Positions 38,501-48,251 of a stretch of 64,000 nt of DNA are shown in pieces. This DNA is from an uncultured Acidobacteriota bacterium. GTDB taxonomy: Bacteria > Acidobacteriota > Vicinamibacteria > Vicinamibacterales > Fen-181. Every line of letters starts with the position of its first letter. The stretch's first letter is position 1. The position numbers were made by a program, and so were the translations under genes. The stretch lies in the NCBI GenBank assembly GCA_963717945.1, contig CAVQXT010000003.1, positions 1,342,622 to 1,406,621 on the forward strand, read 5' to 3'. Below the pieces are notes generated by a model. The model saw only the letters and a program-made list of their open reading frames with translations. It had not been told where the DNA came from and did not search any database.

Positions 38501-38573
38501 GTAATTCGATCGGGACGAATTTCAGTTTCTGCCAACCTGGCACGGAAGTTGTAATTCGTCCCGATCCAATTAC
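38501..38573. mobile_element. Low-GC palindromic MITE-like element, copy 2
   Basis: GTAATTCGATCGGGACGAATTTCAGTTTCTGCCAACCTGGCA....AATTCGTCCCGATCCAATTAC shares the core and the CTGCCAAC..CTGGCA centre with copy 1. Its right end contains the TAA stop of the OCD-family gene. Confidence 0.6.
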
Positions 38574-39673
38574 AGAAATCGCGACCCCAGCCCGGCCGTG
38601 CTGGCGCGCCCGAACGCCAGCAGCGCGATCGCCGTGTCTTGCACCCCGACGCCGGTGAGCGCGCAGACGGTGATCTCGTCGTCGCGGTCGCGGCCCGGGA
38701 GCCGGCCCGACGTCAGGTCGCCCAGCTCGGCGACCGCGGCGCCCTCGGCCAGCACGCCCGCCGCCCGCGCGTGGTAGAACTCGCCGCGCGCGAAACACTG
38801 CGTCTTCAGGTCGCAGGCGAGGCGCGTGGCGCGGCCGAGCACCTCGCCGTCGAGCTCCTGCTTCTCGGGGGTGTCGGCGCCCATCGCGGTGATGTGCAGG
38901 CCGGCGTGCAGCCAGCCGGCCCTGACGACCGGCTCGTGCGACGGCGTGCACGTGATGACGACGTCGCTCTGGCGGACCAGCGCCTCCGGGTCGGCAGCCT
39001 CGACGCGAACGGGAGCACCGGCACCGCCCGTGCCGGGCGCCGCGCGATCTTCACCGAGCACGCCCGGCATCTCGCGCACGTAGGCCTCGACGGCCGCCGG
39101 AGACCGGTCGTACACGAGCACGCGCTCGAACGACCGGACCAGCTGCAGCGCGCGCACCTGGTAGCGGCCCTGGGCCCCGGCGCCGATCACGCCGACCGTC
39201 CGCACCTGCCGCGGCGCCAGGTGCTTCGCGGCGGCCGCTCCGGCCAGAGCCGTGCGAACGTCGGTGAGGTAGCCGTTGTCGAGGAGGATCGCCTGCGGGT
39301 ACCCCGTGCGCGCGCTGAGCACGACCATCAGGCCGCTGCCGCTCGCGAGCCCCCACGTGCCGTTGTCGAAGAACCCCGAGGCGATCTTGATGGCGAGGCT
39401 CGGCAGGCCGTGGATGTAGGCGGCCTTCACGTCCACCTCTCCGTGGCGGTCCGGCACGAACAGCCCGAGGATCGGCGGCACGTCCGCCTCGCCGCGAGCG
39501 AGTTGCGTGAACGCGTTCTCGACCGCCGCCAGGGCCTCGAGATCCAGTTCGACGACCTCCCGGAGCTCGCGTTCGGTGAGGACCAGGATCGGATCGCGGC
39601 GCGGGGCGGCGCCCTCTTCCGCTCCGGCCGACGACGAGGGCGGACCCGTGGGGCTGTGGTGCTCGGTGCGCAT
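38570..39673 (-). CDS. Ornithine cyclodeaminase / mu-crystallin family NAD(P)-dependent enzyme
   Basis: The Rossmann motif is VGVIGAGAQGRYQ, followed by DVVITCT.S..PV and ITAMGADTPEKQELD. The start is taken at ATG 39673; an alternative lies at 39727. Confidence 0.8.
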   Translation of the reverse strand: MRTEHHSPTGPPSSSAGAEEGAAPRRDPILVLTERELREVVELDLEALAAVENAFTQLARGEADVPPILGLFVPDRHGEVDVKAAYIHGLPSLAIKIASGFFDNGTWGLASGSGLMVVLSARTGYPQAILLDNGYLTDVRTALAGAAAAKHLAPRQVRTVGVIGAGAQGRYQVRALQLVRSFERVLVYDRSPAAVEAYVREMPGVLGEDRAAPGTGGAGAPVRVEAADPEALVRQSDVVITCTPSHEPVVRAGWLHAGLHITAMGADTPEKQELDGEVLGRATRLACDLKTQCFARGEFYHARAAGVLAEGAAVAELGDLTSGRLPGRDRDDEITVCALTGVGVQDTAIALLAFGRASTAGLGSRFL

Positions 39674-39725
39674 GGCGCATAGAATATACGCGCCTGGCAT
39701 ATTTCGTCCCCGGAGAAACACCGAC

Positions 39726-40841
39726 ATGAAAATCCCCGTCTTCGAGATGGAACGGATGCAGTCGACCTGGGAGAACCTCGTCGACTACGACATGAGCGAG
39801 AGCGGCGTCCGCCCGATCTCCCTGCGCGGCCTCGTCGAGATGGGGTTCGACCTCGACGCGGCCCTCGACCTGCCGCTCGGCTACAGCCAGTCGAACGGCA
39901 CGCTCCCGCTCAGGGAGCGCCTCGCCGCCCTCTATCCCGGCTCGACGGTTGACCACATCGAAGTGACCAACGGCACCTCGGAGGCGAACTACCTGGTCGC
40001 CCTCTCGCTGCTCGAGCCGGGTGACGAGATGGCCATGGAGCTGCCCAACTACATGCAGCTCCGGGGAGTGCCCGAGAGCCTCCAGGCGAAGGTCCGGACG
40101 TTCACCCTCCGCCCGGACCGCCAGTGGGAGCCGGACTGGGAGGAATTCGAGCGGGCCGTCACGCCGCGCACGCGGCTGCTGTATCTCTCGAACCCGAACA
40201 ACCCGTCGGGGGCCGTGCTCTCCGACGCCGCGATGCGGCGCATCGTCGCCCGGTGCGAGGAGACGGGCACGGTCGTCCTGGCCGACGAGGTCTATCTCGG
40301 CGCCGAGGTGGAGGGGGAGCGGACGAGGAGCTTCTGGGGCCTGAGCGACCGCGTGGTCGTCACGAGCGGTCTCTCGAAGGCCTACGGCATTCCCGGCGTG
40401 CGCGTCGGGTGGATCGTCGGCCCGCCGCGCCTGGTCGAAACCTGCTGGAGCCAGCACGACTACCTGACGATCGGCCCCAACAAGCTGTCGGACCTGGTGG
40501 CCAGGGTGGCCGTCGCGCCCGACAACCGCGAGGCGCTCTACGCGCGCACCCGCGCCATCCTCCGCGAGAACCTGCCGATCGTCGAACGGTGGGCGGCAGG
40601 TTTCGGCCGCCTGCTCGAGTTCAACCGGCCGCGAGCCGGGGCCATGACGCTCGTGCGATACCGGTCCGAAGTGCCGAGCCTCGACCTGTGCGAGCGGATC
40701 CGCGTCGAGCAGAGCACGCTGGTGGTGCCCGGCCGCCACGTCGGCCTCGAAGGCTACCTTCGCATTTGGTACGGCGGCAGGCAGGAGTACATCACCGAGG
40801 GCCTCCGGCGCATCGGCGCCGTGCTCTCGACGCTGGGCTGA
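39726..40841 (+). CDS. Class I/II PLP-dependent aminotransferase
   Basis: The sequences SQSNGTLPLRERLA, LSNPNNPSG and SGLSKAYGIPGVRVGW (PLP Lys) are present. The gene is divergent from the OCD-family gene. Confidence 0.85.
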   Translation: MKIPVFEMERMQSTWENLVDYDMSESGVRPISLRGLVEMGFDLDAALDLPLGYSQSNGTLPLRERLAALYPGSTVDHIEVTNGTSEANYLVALSLLEPGDEMAMELPNYMQLRGVPESLQAKVRTFTLRPDRQWEPDWEEFERAVTPRTRLLYLSNPNNPSGAVLSDAAMRRIVARCEETGTVVLADEVYLGAEVEGERTRSFWGLSDRVVVTSGLSKAYGIPGVRVGWIVGPPRLVETCWSQHDYLTIGPNKLSDLVARVAVAPDNREALYARTRAILRENLPIVERWAAGFGRLLEFNRPRAGAMTLVRYRSEVPSLDLCERIRVEQSTLVVPGRHVGLEGYLRIWYGGRQEYITEGLRRIGAVLSTLG

Positions 40842-40852
40842 CGCCTGAAGCC

Positions 40853-41497
40853 ATGCTGGGAGAGCACCTGTGGTCCGCCGTGAGCGCGGTTTCGCCGGTG
40901 GCGGTGGAACAGCGTCTGCTCGACTGGATCTCGCACTACGGGGTGCAGGCCATCTTCGGCCTCCAGGTGCTCGGCATCGTCGGGCTCCCGGTGCCCGACG
41001 AGCTGATGCTGACCATCGCCGGGACGCTCGTCCGGGCGGGCAAGCTGCCATTTGCGGGGACGCTGGCCGCCGCGATGGGCGGGGCGATGACCGGGATCAC
41101 GGTCAGCTACCTGGCGGGGCGCTACATCGGGCTGGCCGCGCTCAGGAAGGTCGTCCACATCCCCGACGAGCCGCTGCGCCGCGTCGAGCGCTGGTTCCAC
41201 CGGTCGGGCGGCTGGCTGCTGACGTTCGGCTACTTCATCCCCGGCGTCCGCCACGTGACGGCGATCGCCGCGGGGTCGTCCGGCCTCGGCTACGGGACGT
41301 TCGCCGCGTTCGCGTATCCGGGGGCGATCTTCTGGTCGTCGTTTTTCGTGACGACCGGGTACGTGCTCGGCGACCGGTGGCGATCCGCCTTCCAGGGGAT
41401 CGACGGGAACGTCCGCCTCGCCGCCGCCGTGGCGGCGGCGGCCTACGTCGCGTACCTGGCGGTCGTGGCGGCGCGCTGGTACCGGCGACGCCGCTGA
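40853..41497 (+). CDS. DedA-family membrane protein
   Basis: The sequences GLPVPDELMLTIAG and FGYFIPGVRHVTAIAAG are typical DedA/SNARE-associated motifs. Confidence 0.8.
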   Translation: MLGEHLWSAVSAVSPVAVEQRLLDWISHYGVQAIFGLQVLGIVGLPVPDELMLTIAGTLVRAGKLPFAGTLAAAMGGAMTGITVSYLAGRYIGLAALRKVVHIPDEPLRRVERWFHRSGGWLLTFGYFIPGVRHVTAIAAGSSGLGYGTFAAFAYPGAIFWSSFFVTTGYVLGDRWRSAFQGIDGNVRLAAAVAAAAYVAYLAVVAARWYRRRR

Positions 41498-41505
41498 CCC
41501 GGCCC

Positions 41506-42993
41506 CTACCTGAAGCTGACGGCCCTCAACACGCTCTCGTAAGTTGGGCGCAGCTCCTCGAAATCACTCTCGGGCGCGACGAACACGAGGTAGATGAACC
41601 CGTTGTCCACCGAGGTGTCCGGGAACATCACCATCCAGTCGCGCTCGCGCAGCCGCCGGCCGTTTGTCACGATGGGAGACTCGGCCATGAGGTCCACGGT
41701 GACGCCCGCGAGCCCGTTGACGGTGATCGCCCGTGAGGGGCCCGCGGCGCGCATGCCGGGATTGGACTTCTGCATGGCCTCCACGACGTGGCGCAGGGCC
41801 TCGTCGATCGTGCGGGCGCCGGGGTCCCGACCCTTGGTGACGATGACGCCGTAGGCGAGGTTGCCGTCGACGACGCCGGCGGCCGGCGCGATCGTCGTGC
41901 CGCTGTCGCTCTCGCGGCCGAGCGCCTGCCAGTTCTCCGGGTAGAACAGGCTCACGCCGTTTCGTGTCAGCGGCCTGAACAGGCCGCTCGGCTTGACCCG
42001 GGAATAATAGGCGCTGGGCGCGGCGCCGATCTCCGGCACGCCGATGCCCGGCGATGCCGGGGCGGACGCGAGGTCCGCCGGCGTCGCGCCGGACGACGTG
42101 TTCTGGCGCGCCCACAACCCGGATTTCGCGCCGGCGTCGATTTCCTGGGCCGTATAGACCGTGACCGACTTCGCGTCCTCTTGCGCGCGCGCGAAGGCGG
42201 CGCTCGACGCCGCGTAGCGCTTCGGAGGCCAGCTCGCCACCTGCTGGCCGAGGGCGGCCTCGCGGTTCCCCGGGTTCGGATGGTCGCTGAGGATCTGCGG
42301 CGGATTGCCTCCCTGGGCCGCGAGCTGCTTGAAGAAGTCGGCCAGCGCGCGGGGGTCGTAGCCGGCGTTGTACATGATGATGGCGCCCACCGAATCGGCC
42401 TGGGCCTCGTCGGTGCGCGAGTACTTCATGCTCCACATGCCGCCGCCGATCTTGGTCAGCTGGCCCGTCAGCTCGCCGCCGAACCCGCCGATGATCTGGC
42501 CGGCGATCTGGCCGAGCCCGGCCAGCAGGCTGGGGGCGGTGTTCTTCTTCATCTGCTTGACGGAGTGCTGCATGTAGACGTGCGCCATCTCGTGAGCCAT
42601 GACACCGGCCAGCTGGGCTTCGTTCTGCGCGGCGGTGATGGTTCCGACATTCACGAACATGGGGCCGCCGGGCAGGGCGAACGCGTTGATCTCCTTCTGC
42701 GCGACGATGTGGAATTCCCAGGGCCAGGAGTTCTCGGCCGGGATCACGGCCGCCAGCTTCTCGCCCAGTCTCCTGACGTAACGAGTGTCGGGGCTCGAGT
42801 CTGGCAGCACCGGCATCTGCTTGTAGACCTCGGCCATGGCGTCCCGGCCGAGCTTCAGCTGGTCGGCTTTGCTGACTCCGGCATTGCCCGGGTCGGGAAG
42901 GACCGGGGCGGACGCCGCCGACAGCGCGATCCACGCGGTGACGATCACCGCCAGGCTCGACGCGCCGCAAGAGGCGAGTCGCGGGCGATTCAT
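41506..42993 (-). CDS. Secreted M48-family zinc metalloprotease with a C-terminal extension
   Basis: The sequence from ATG 42993 (GGGAGGAG SD) has a signal peptide, INAFALPGGPMFV, HEMAHV and EAQAD. Confidence 0.85.
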   Translation of the reverse strand: MNRPRLASCGASSLAVIVTAWIALSAASAPVLPDPGNAGVSKADQLKLGRDAMAEVYKQMPVLPDSSPDTRYVRRLGEKLAAVIPAENSWPWEFHIVAQKEINAFALPGGPMFVNVGTITAAQNEAQLAGVMAHEMAHVYMQHSVKQMKKNTAPSLLAGLGQIAGQIIGGFGGELTGQLTKIGGGMWSMKYSRTDEAQADSVGAIIMYNAGYDPRALADFFKQLAAQGGNPPQILSDHPNPGNREAALGQQVASWPPKRYAASSAAFARAQEDAKSVTVYTAQEIDAGAKSGLWARQNTSSGATPADLASAPASPGIGVPEIGAAPSAYYSRVKPSGLFRPLTRNGVSLFYPENWQALGRESDSGTTIAPAAGVVDGNLAYGVIVTKGRDPGARTIDEALRHVVEAMQKSNPGMRAAGPSRAITVNGLAGVTVDLMAESPIVTNGRRLRERDWMVMFPDTSVDNGFIYLVFVAPESDFEELRPTYESVLRAVSFR

Positions 42994-43104
42994 GAGTGCT
43001 CCTCCCGGTGAGGCCAGGTCACTGTGGCAGGACGAATGCTGTAGCGTAACATTACGCTTGGTCCCTCGTCTGCCGTCCGGACGAACTCGCTCACCCGAGG
43101 CCCG

Positions 43105-44430
43105 ATGCGCCGCGCCCTCCGTCTTGCCGCGCCCCTCCTCCTGATGGCGGCCGTCGTCGTCACGCTGGTGCTCAGCCCCGGCGTGCAGCCGCCCGAGCGG
43201 GTGCGGCGTCGCGAGACGGCGCGCCATGTCACGATCGGCGCCGGCCATGGCGGGGCACCGACACTCCGGCTGCTGCCGATCACGGCGGCGGGCGGCCCCG
43301 CGAACCTCGAAGGCGTGGCCGCGCTGGTCGGCGACGTGCTTCGGGCCGACCTCGCCTACGAAGATGTCTTCGATCTCGTTCCGGTCGAAGCCGGCGGTGC
43401 CGGCGCCGCGCCACCCGCGGATGGCGTCCTCTCGGGCCAGGTCCGTCTCGAGGAGGGCGCGCTGCGGCTCGAGGTGCGACTCCGCGAAACCTCTGGAGGC
43501 CGGCTCGCGTTCGCCCGAGAATACGCCGGCCGCGAGGGGGTCGCGCGGCTGATGGCGCACGTGGCGGCCGACGAGATCCTCGCCGACCAGGCGGGCGTCC
43601 GGGGCGTGGCGAGCTCCCGCCTCGCGTTCGTGTCGGACCGGGTGGGCGCGTTCAACGAACCGACGGGCGCGCGGCGCCATGTCAAAGAGATCTTCGTGTC
43701 CGGCTACGATGGCGCCGGCGAGGAGCGGGTCACCGTGGACGGCGACCTCGACCTGACGCCGGCCTGGTCGCCCGACGGCCGCGTCCTGGCCTACACGTGC
43801 TACCGCCCCGGTTATCAGGACATCTTCATGACCGATCTCGCGACGCGCCGGCAATGGTCGGCGACCGGCGGGCGCGGCAGGAACTGGCTGCCGGCGTGGT
43901 CGCCCGACGGAACCGAGATCGCGTTCGCCTCGAGCCGCGACGGGGCCGAGGCCATCTACGTGATGAACGCGGATCGGACCGGGCTGCGGCGCCTGACGAC
44001 CGGCCGGGCCATCGACACCTCGCCGGCCTGGTCGCCCGACGGCCGGCGGATCGCATTCACGTCGGACCGGACCGGCTCGCCGCAAATCTGGGTGATGGGC
44101 GCCGACGGCTCGAACCCCGAGCCCCTGACGAAGGAGAAGTACTGCGACCGGCCGAGCTGGTCGCCCGGGCCGGACGACGAGATTGCCTATGTGTCCCTGA
44201 CGGGCACCGGCTTCGACATCAAGGTGATCGAGACGGCCACGCGGCGCACCCGGCAACTGACATTCGGGCCGGTCAACGAGAGCCCGGCGTTCTCGCCCAA
44301 CGGGCGGCACATCGCGTTCACGTCCACGCGAAGCGGCTCGCAGCAGATCTGGACGATGACGCGGATGGGGACCGACCCGCGCCAGGTGACGCGGACGGGG
44401 AACAACTCCATGCCGGCCTGGTCGCGATAG
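43105..44430 (+). CDS. TolB-like periplasmic beta-propeller protein (PD40 repeats)
   Basis: The TolB N-domain pattern (LRADLAYEDVFDLV) is followed by repeated PAWSPDG..IAF.S.R.G..QI blades. Confidence 0.8.
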   Translation: MRRALRLAAPLLLMAAVVVTLVLSPGVQPPERVRRRETARHVTIGAGHGGAPTLRLLPITAAGGPANLEGVAALVGDVLRADLAYEDVFDLVPVEAGGAGAAPPADGVLSGQVRLEEGALRLEVRLRETSGGRLAFAREYAGREGVARLMAHVAADEILADQAGVRGVASSRLAFVSDRVGAFNEPTGARRHVKEIFVSGYDGAGEERVTVDGDLDLTPAWSPDGRVLAYTCYRPGYQDIFMTDLATRRQWSATGGRGRNWLPAWSPDGTEIAFASSRDGAEAIYVMNADRTGLRRLTTGRAIDTSPAWSPDGRRIAFTSDRTGSPQIWVMGADGSNPEPLTKEKYCDRPSWSPGPDDEIAYVSLTGTGFDIKVIETATRRTRQLTFGPVNESPAFSPNGRHIAFTSTRSGSQQIWTMTRMGTDPRQVTRTGNNSMPAWSR

Positions 44431-44576
44431 GCGCCGCGGAGCCCTATTTTCTTGACAACTTCGCGCGGCCGAATCACTCTCTGTCCGAATTCTCACCCCG
44501 GCCTGCCTGGTGTCCCCCCGCTCCGGGCTCGGCGTGTCGTCTGCGTCCCCGTGCGCAAACGGCGGAAAGGCTTGCG

Positions 44577-46190
44577 ATGTTTCGTCCCCTGGCGCTCGCT
44601 CTCACGTTCCTCGTCCTGGCCCTCCCTTCCAGCGATTCGATCGTGATCGCCCGTTCGCAGGCGGCCCCGGCGGCCACTTCAGGCGCCGGCCTGGTGCCGG
44701 TGGACGTGCAGGTGCTCGACCGCAACGGCAGACCCCTGACCGGCCTCACGCAGGCCGATTTCACCATTCTCGAAGACGGGGCCCCGCAGCAGGTTCGCTA
44801 CTTCTCGCCGGTCGCCATGACGGCCGGCACCGCCGCGCCCGACGCGAAGCCGGTTCTCAGGAAGGGGCTCTCGGCCATCCCCCAGGATCACCGCATCTTC
44901 GTGTTCGCCCTCGGCCTGGGGCGGCTCGAGGACCCGTCGGGGACAATCAGCGGCCTCCTGAAGTTCGTCAAGACGCGGCTGCTGCCGCAGGACCAGGTGG
45001 CCATCTTCGCCTACGACCGGGCGCTCGACTTCACGACCGATCACCAGAAGGTGGCGGACGCCCTGGAGCGGTTCAAGAAGGGGCACCCGGCCGTAAGCTT
45101 CGAGCTCGCCGCGCAGCTCGGGCCGACGGGGATGGCGCCGCTCTATGGCACCCGCGCGCTCACCAAGAAGCTGCAGACCCGAATCGACGAGCTCGTGCTC
45201 GGCCCCGGGGCGCCGCCGGCGACGCTTCTGACCTACGAGGTGCTCCAGCCGGAGCAGATCGGCCGCATCTCGTTCGACAGTTTCATGGCTTCGTGCGCCA
45301 CCAGCCTCGACGACCAGAACAGCCTGAACGCGCTCATGGGCTACCTCCGGTACTTCGAGGGGAAGAAGCACGTCATCTTCGTCACCGAAAAGGGGCTGCT
45401 CTGGCCGAGCGGCGAGAACGACCGCGCGGTGGCCGCGCTGGCCAACGACGCGCGCGTGTCGATCCACTCCATCCAGACCGGGGGCCTGCTGGATCCGGAG
45501 ATCGCCCACGAGTTGGACGCGACCGTGCAGCAAGCGGCGTCGTTCAAGAGCCTGCGGACGATGGCGGAGCTGAGCGGCGGCCTGCCGGCGATTACCGAGA
45601 AGGGCCAATCGGCGCTCGATCGGCTCGACGAGGCGACGCGGTCGGGCTACCTGCTCGGGTTCCAGTCCTCGAGCGCCACGTGGGACGGCAGCTACCGCAA
45701 TCTCGTCGTGAAAGTGAACCGGCCGGACGTGACCGTCCTCTACCGGCACGGCTATTACCGGATGCCGGGCGACGGCGGGTTCGACCGGCGCTCGCTCATC
45801 ACCAACGATCGCCTGTCGGCCGGGGGGAATTTCCGCCGCGAGGTGGACGACATCAAGGTGAAGGCGGCGGTCTCTCAACAGGGCGGCACGAGCCTGGTGG
45901 CCGAGGGGACGTTCGACCTCACCCGGGTGAAGATGGTTCCGGTGGACGGGGCGCGGGTGGGCCTGTTGAACGTGGTCGTCTACTGCCTGGACCGCGGCAC
46001 CAACTCCATGGGGCAGCACAGCCAGGCGCTGTCGGTCAAGATTCCCGAGGCCGACTTCGAGCGGGTCCTCAAGGAAGGCTACCCGTTCCGGCTCCAGTTC
46101 CCGATCATCCGCGGCACGCAGACCGTGCGAATCATCGTGTATGACTTCGGGTCAGATCTGATCGGCCGGTCCGACCAGCACGTCCGCTGA
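44577..46190 (+). CDS. VWFA-related acidobacterial-domain protein (TIGR03436-like)
   Basis: A signal peptide is followed by VPVDVQVLDRNGRPLTGLTQADFTILEDGAPQQVRYF. A VWA-like core follows, and the protein ends with YRHGYY and VRIIVYD. Confidence 0.8.
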   Translation: MFRPLALALTFLVLALPSSDSIVIARSQAAPAATSGAGLVPVDVQVLDRNGRPLTGLTQADFTILEDGAPQQVRYFSPVAMTAGTAAPDAKPVLRKGLSAIPQDHRIFVFALGLGRLEDPSGTISGLLKFVKTRLLPQDQVAIFAYDRALDFTTDHQKVADALERFKKGHPAVSFELAAQLGPTGMAPLYGTRALTKKLQTRIDELVLGPGAPPATLLTYEVLQPEQIGRISFDSFMASCATSLDDQNSLNALMGYLRYFEGKKHVIFVTEKGLLWPSGENDRAVAALANDARVSIHSIQTGGLLDPEIAHELDATVQQAASFKSLRTMAELSGGLPAITEKGQSALDRLDEATRSGYLLGFQSSSATWDGSYRNLVVKVNRPDVTVLYRHGYYRMPGDGGFDRRSLITNDRLSAGGNFRREVDDIKVKAAVSQQGGTSLVAEGTFDLTRVKMVPVDGARVGLLNVVVYCLDRGTNSMGQHSQALSVKIPEADFERVLKEGYPFRLQFPIIRGTQTVRIIVYDFGSDLIGRSDQHVR

Positions 46191-46206
46191 AGGGAGGACC
46201 ACGCCG

Positions 46207-47532
46207 GTGATCACGCCCGACATCATCGCGCCGTTCCTGCTGACCATCGGCGTCAGCTTCCTCATCGGCATCGGCCTGCGGGAGTACTACGAGAGCGAGG
46301 CCAAGTTCGAGACGTTCGGCACGGTCCGGACCTTCGTCTTCATCGGCATGCTCGGCTTCGTGCTCTTCCGGCTCCCGGCGGTCGGGAACGAGTCGTTCCT
46401 GGCCGGGTTCGGCGCGCTCTCGCTGTTCCTCCTCATCTACTACGGCAACAAGGTCCTGCAGAAGAAGAGCCCCGGGATGATCGGCGTCCTGATGGCCCTG
46501 CTGACCTACGCCGCCGGGCCAATCGCGCTCGTCTACCCGCAGTGGTACCTCGTCCTGATCGCGATCAGCGTCCTGCTGGTGCTGCACTCGAAGGGGCGCA
46601 TCCGGCGGTTCACCGATCGGCTCCAGACCGGCGAGGTGGTGACGGCCTGCAAGTTCCTCGCGATCATCGGCGTGGTGCTGCCGCTCATCCCGGAGGCCCT
46701 GCCGGCAGGCCAGGGGCCGGTGTGGCAGTTCTTCGCCGTGCTGCCGGTCACGCCGAGGCAGATCTGGCTGGCCGTCGTGATCACGACGGGGATCTCCTAC
46801 CTGGGGTACGTGCTCCAGACCTATCTCTTCCCGCACAAGGGCCTCGTGCTCGCGGGCCTGGTCGGCGGCCTCTACTCGAGCACCGTGACCGTGCTCGTGG
46901 TGGCGAAGAAGTCGAAGGCGTCGCCGGCCATCGCGCGCCAGGCGGCGATGGCCATCCTGCTGGCCGTGTCGATGATGTACGTCCGGCTGCTCGCCCTCGT
47001 GGTGATTTTCCGGCCGATGTCGGTGAAGTCCGTCGGTCCGGCGCTCGCCGTGTTTGCCGGGCTGGCGGCCGCCTACGTCCTCTGGCTCCGGCGGGGCGGT
47101 GGCGCGGAGGACGTGGCGGCCGTGGCGCCGCCGGCGGCGGGCGGCCAGAACGGCGGCGTCGCCGAAGAGCCGGCGCTTCGCAGGAACCCGCTGGAGCTCA
47201 GCGCCGCGGTCGTGTTCGCCGTGCTCTTCACGGCCGTGTCGCTGGCGACGAAGTACGTGGTCGTATACTTCAAAGATGTCGGCTTGCACCTGCTGTCGTT
47301 CGTCGTCGGCTTCTCGGACATCACGCCGTTTGTGGTGTCGCTGCTCCAGGGCAGCTTCGGCATCGCCGAACGGCAGATCGTGCAGGCGACGATCATCGCC
47401 GCCGCGAGCAACAACCTGCTCAAGCTGGGCTACACCTACGCGTTCGGGTCCCGTCGGACGGCGAACCTGGTGGCGCCGGGCATGAGCGTCCTGGTCATCG
47501 TGTCCGTCGTGTACGTGCTCATCGGGGTCTGA
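46207..47532 (+). CDS. MgtC/DUF4010-like polytopic membrane protein
   Basis: The 441-aa ORF has about 10 TM segments. The N-terminal sequence GLREYYE....FGTVRTFVFIGMLG resembles MgtC-DUF4010 fusions. The start is GTG. Confidence 0.55.
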   Translation: MITPDIIAPFLLTIGVSFLIGIGLREYYESEAKFETFGTVRTFVFIGMLGFVLFRLPAVGNESFLAGFGALSLFLLIYYGNKVLQKKSPGMIGVLMALLTYAAGPIALVYPQWYLVLIAISVLLVLHSKGRIRRFTDRLQTGEVVTACKFLAIIGVVLPLIPEALPAGQGPVWQFFAVLPVTPRQIWLAVVITTGISYLGYVLQTYLFPHKGLVLAGLVGGLYSSTVTVLVVAKKSKASPAIARQAAMAILLAVSMMYVRLLALVVIFRPMSVKSVGPALAVFAGLAAAYVLWLRRGGGAEDVAAVAPPAAGGQNGGVAEEPALRRNPLELSAAVVFAVLFTAVSLATKYVVVYFKDVGLHLLSFVVGFSDITPFVVSLLQGSFGIAERQIVQATIIAAASNNLLKLGYTYAFGSRRTANLVAPGMSVLVIVSVVYVLIGV

Positions 47533-47570
47533 GGGCGGCGGCGTGGCGGCGGCAATCGGAGGGGCGGAAG

Positions 47571-48164
47571 ATGCGTGACGAGATGGTGCTGTGCTTCCCG
47601 CGGACGCTGCTGGACGAGATCGGGCCGTTCGACGGCGTGTCGACCAACGTGTCCGCCTTCGTGCCGCGAATCCTCGAGGCGGAGAACACGCGGTTCATCC
47701 CGCGGTCGGCGGCCGAGGACGACCCGTCGCACAAGCAGGTCATCCCGTACGTCCTCATCCGGAAGGGCGACAGCTACCTCCACTACGTGCGGGGCAAGGG
47801 TTCGGGCGAGAAGCGGCTCGTGTCGCTCGGCTCGATCGGCATCGGCGGCCACATCAACCACGACGACCAGAGCCTGTTTCTCGCGGGCCTGGAGTTTTAC
47901 GAGGAGGCCCTCCAGCGCGAGCTGCACGAGGAGCTGCGGATGGACGGGCGCTTCGAGACGCGGGCGATCGCGCTCATCAACGACGACTCGACGCCGGTCG
48001 GCCGCGTTCATTTCGGGATCGTGCACGTGTGCGAGCTCGGCGAGCAGAACGTGGCGAAGGGGGAGGCCTGCATCACCGACCTCCAGTTCCTGACCGTGCC
48101 CGAGCTGCGCGCGCGCCGCGACCGGATGGAGACCTGGTCGCAGCTCTGCCTCGATCTGCTGTGA
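47571..48164 (+). CDS. Nudix-like hydrolase-fold protein with a degenerate Nudix box
   Basis: The region GIGGHINHDD......AL.RELHEELRMDG approximates GX5EX7REUXEEXGU. Confidence 0.45.
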   Translation: MRDEMVLCFPRTLLDEIGPFDGVSTNVSAFVPRILEAENTRFIPRSAAEDDPSHKQVIPYVLIRKGDSYLHYVRGKGSGEKRLVSLGSIGIGGHINHDDQSLFLAGLEFYEEALQRELHEELRMDGRFETRAIALINDDSTPVGRVHFGIVHVCELGEQNVAKGEACITDLQFLTVPELRARRDRMETWSQLCLDLL

Positions 48165-48172
48165 GGCGGTGG

Positions 48173-48247
48173 GCGCAGACCTGAAGGCCTGCGCTATCTG
48201 ACGACCGGGCGGAGAACCACAGATAGCGCAGGGCTTCAGCCCTGCGC
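48173..48247. repeat. BIME-like composite: two inverted REP family A hairpins around a conserved 23-nt spacer
   Basis: The sequence is GCGCAGACC-TGAA-GGCCTGCGC-TATC tgacgaccgggcggagaaccaca GATA-GCGCAGGGC-TTCA-GCCCTGCGC. The same element lies in reverse orientation at 52237-52311. Confidence 0.9.
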
Positions 48248-48251
48248 GGCA

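Noticed and set aside
36348-38951. I considered the 867-aa minus-strand ORF opposite the GRE gene.
   Set aside because: It is an antisense shadow. The plus-strand frame carries unambiguous GRE motifs.
42994-44496. I considered the N-terminal 500 codons of the 996-aa ORF 41506-44496(-).
   Set aside because: M48 homology and the signal peptide begin at ATG 42993, which has a strong SD. The upstream part is antisense to the well-supported TolB-like gene.
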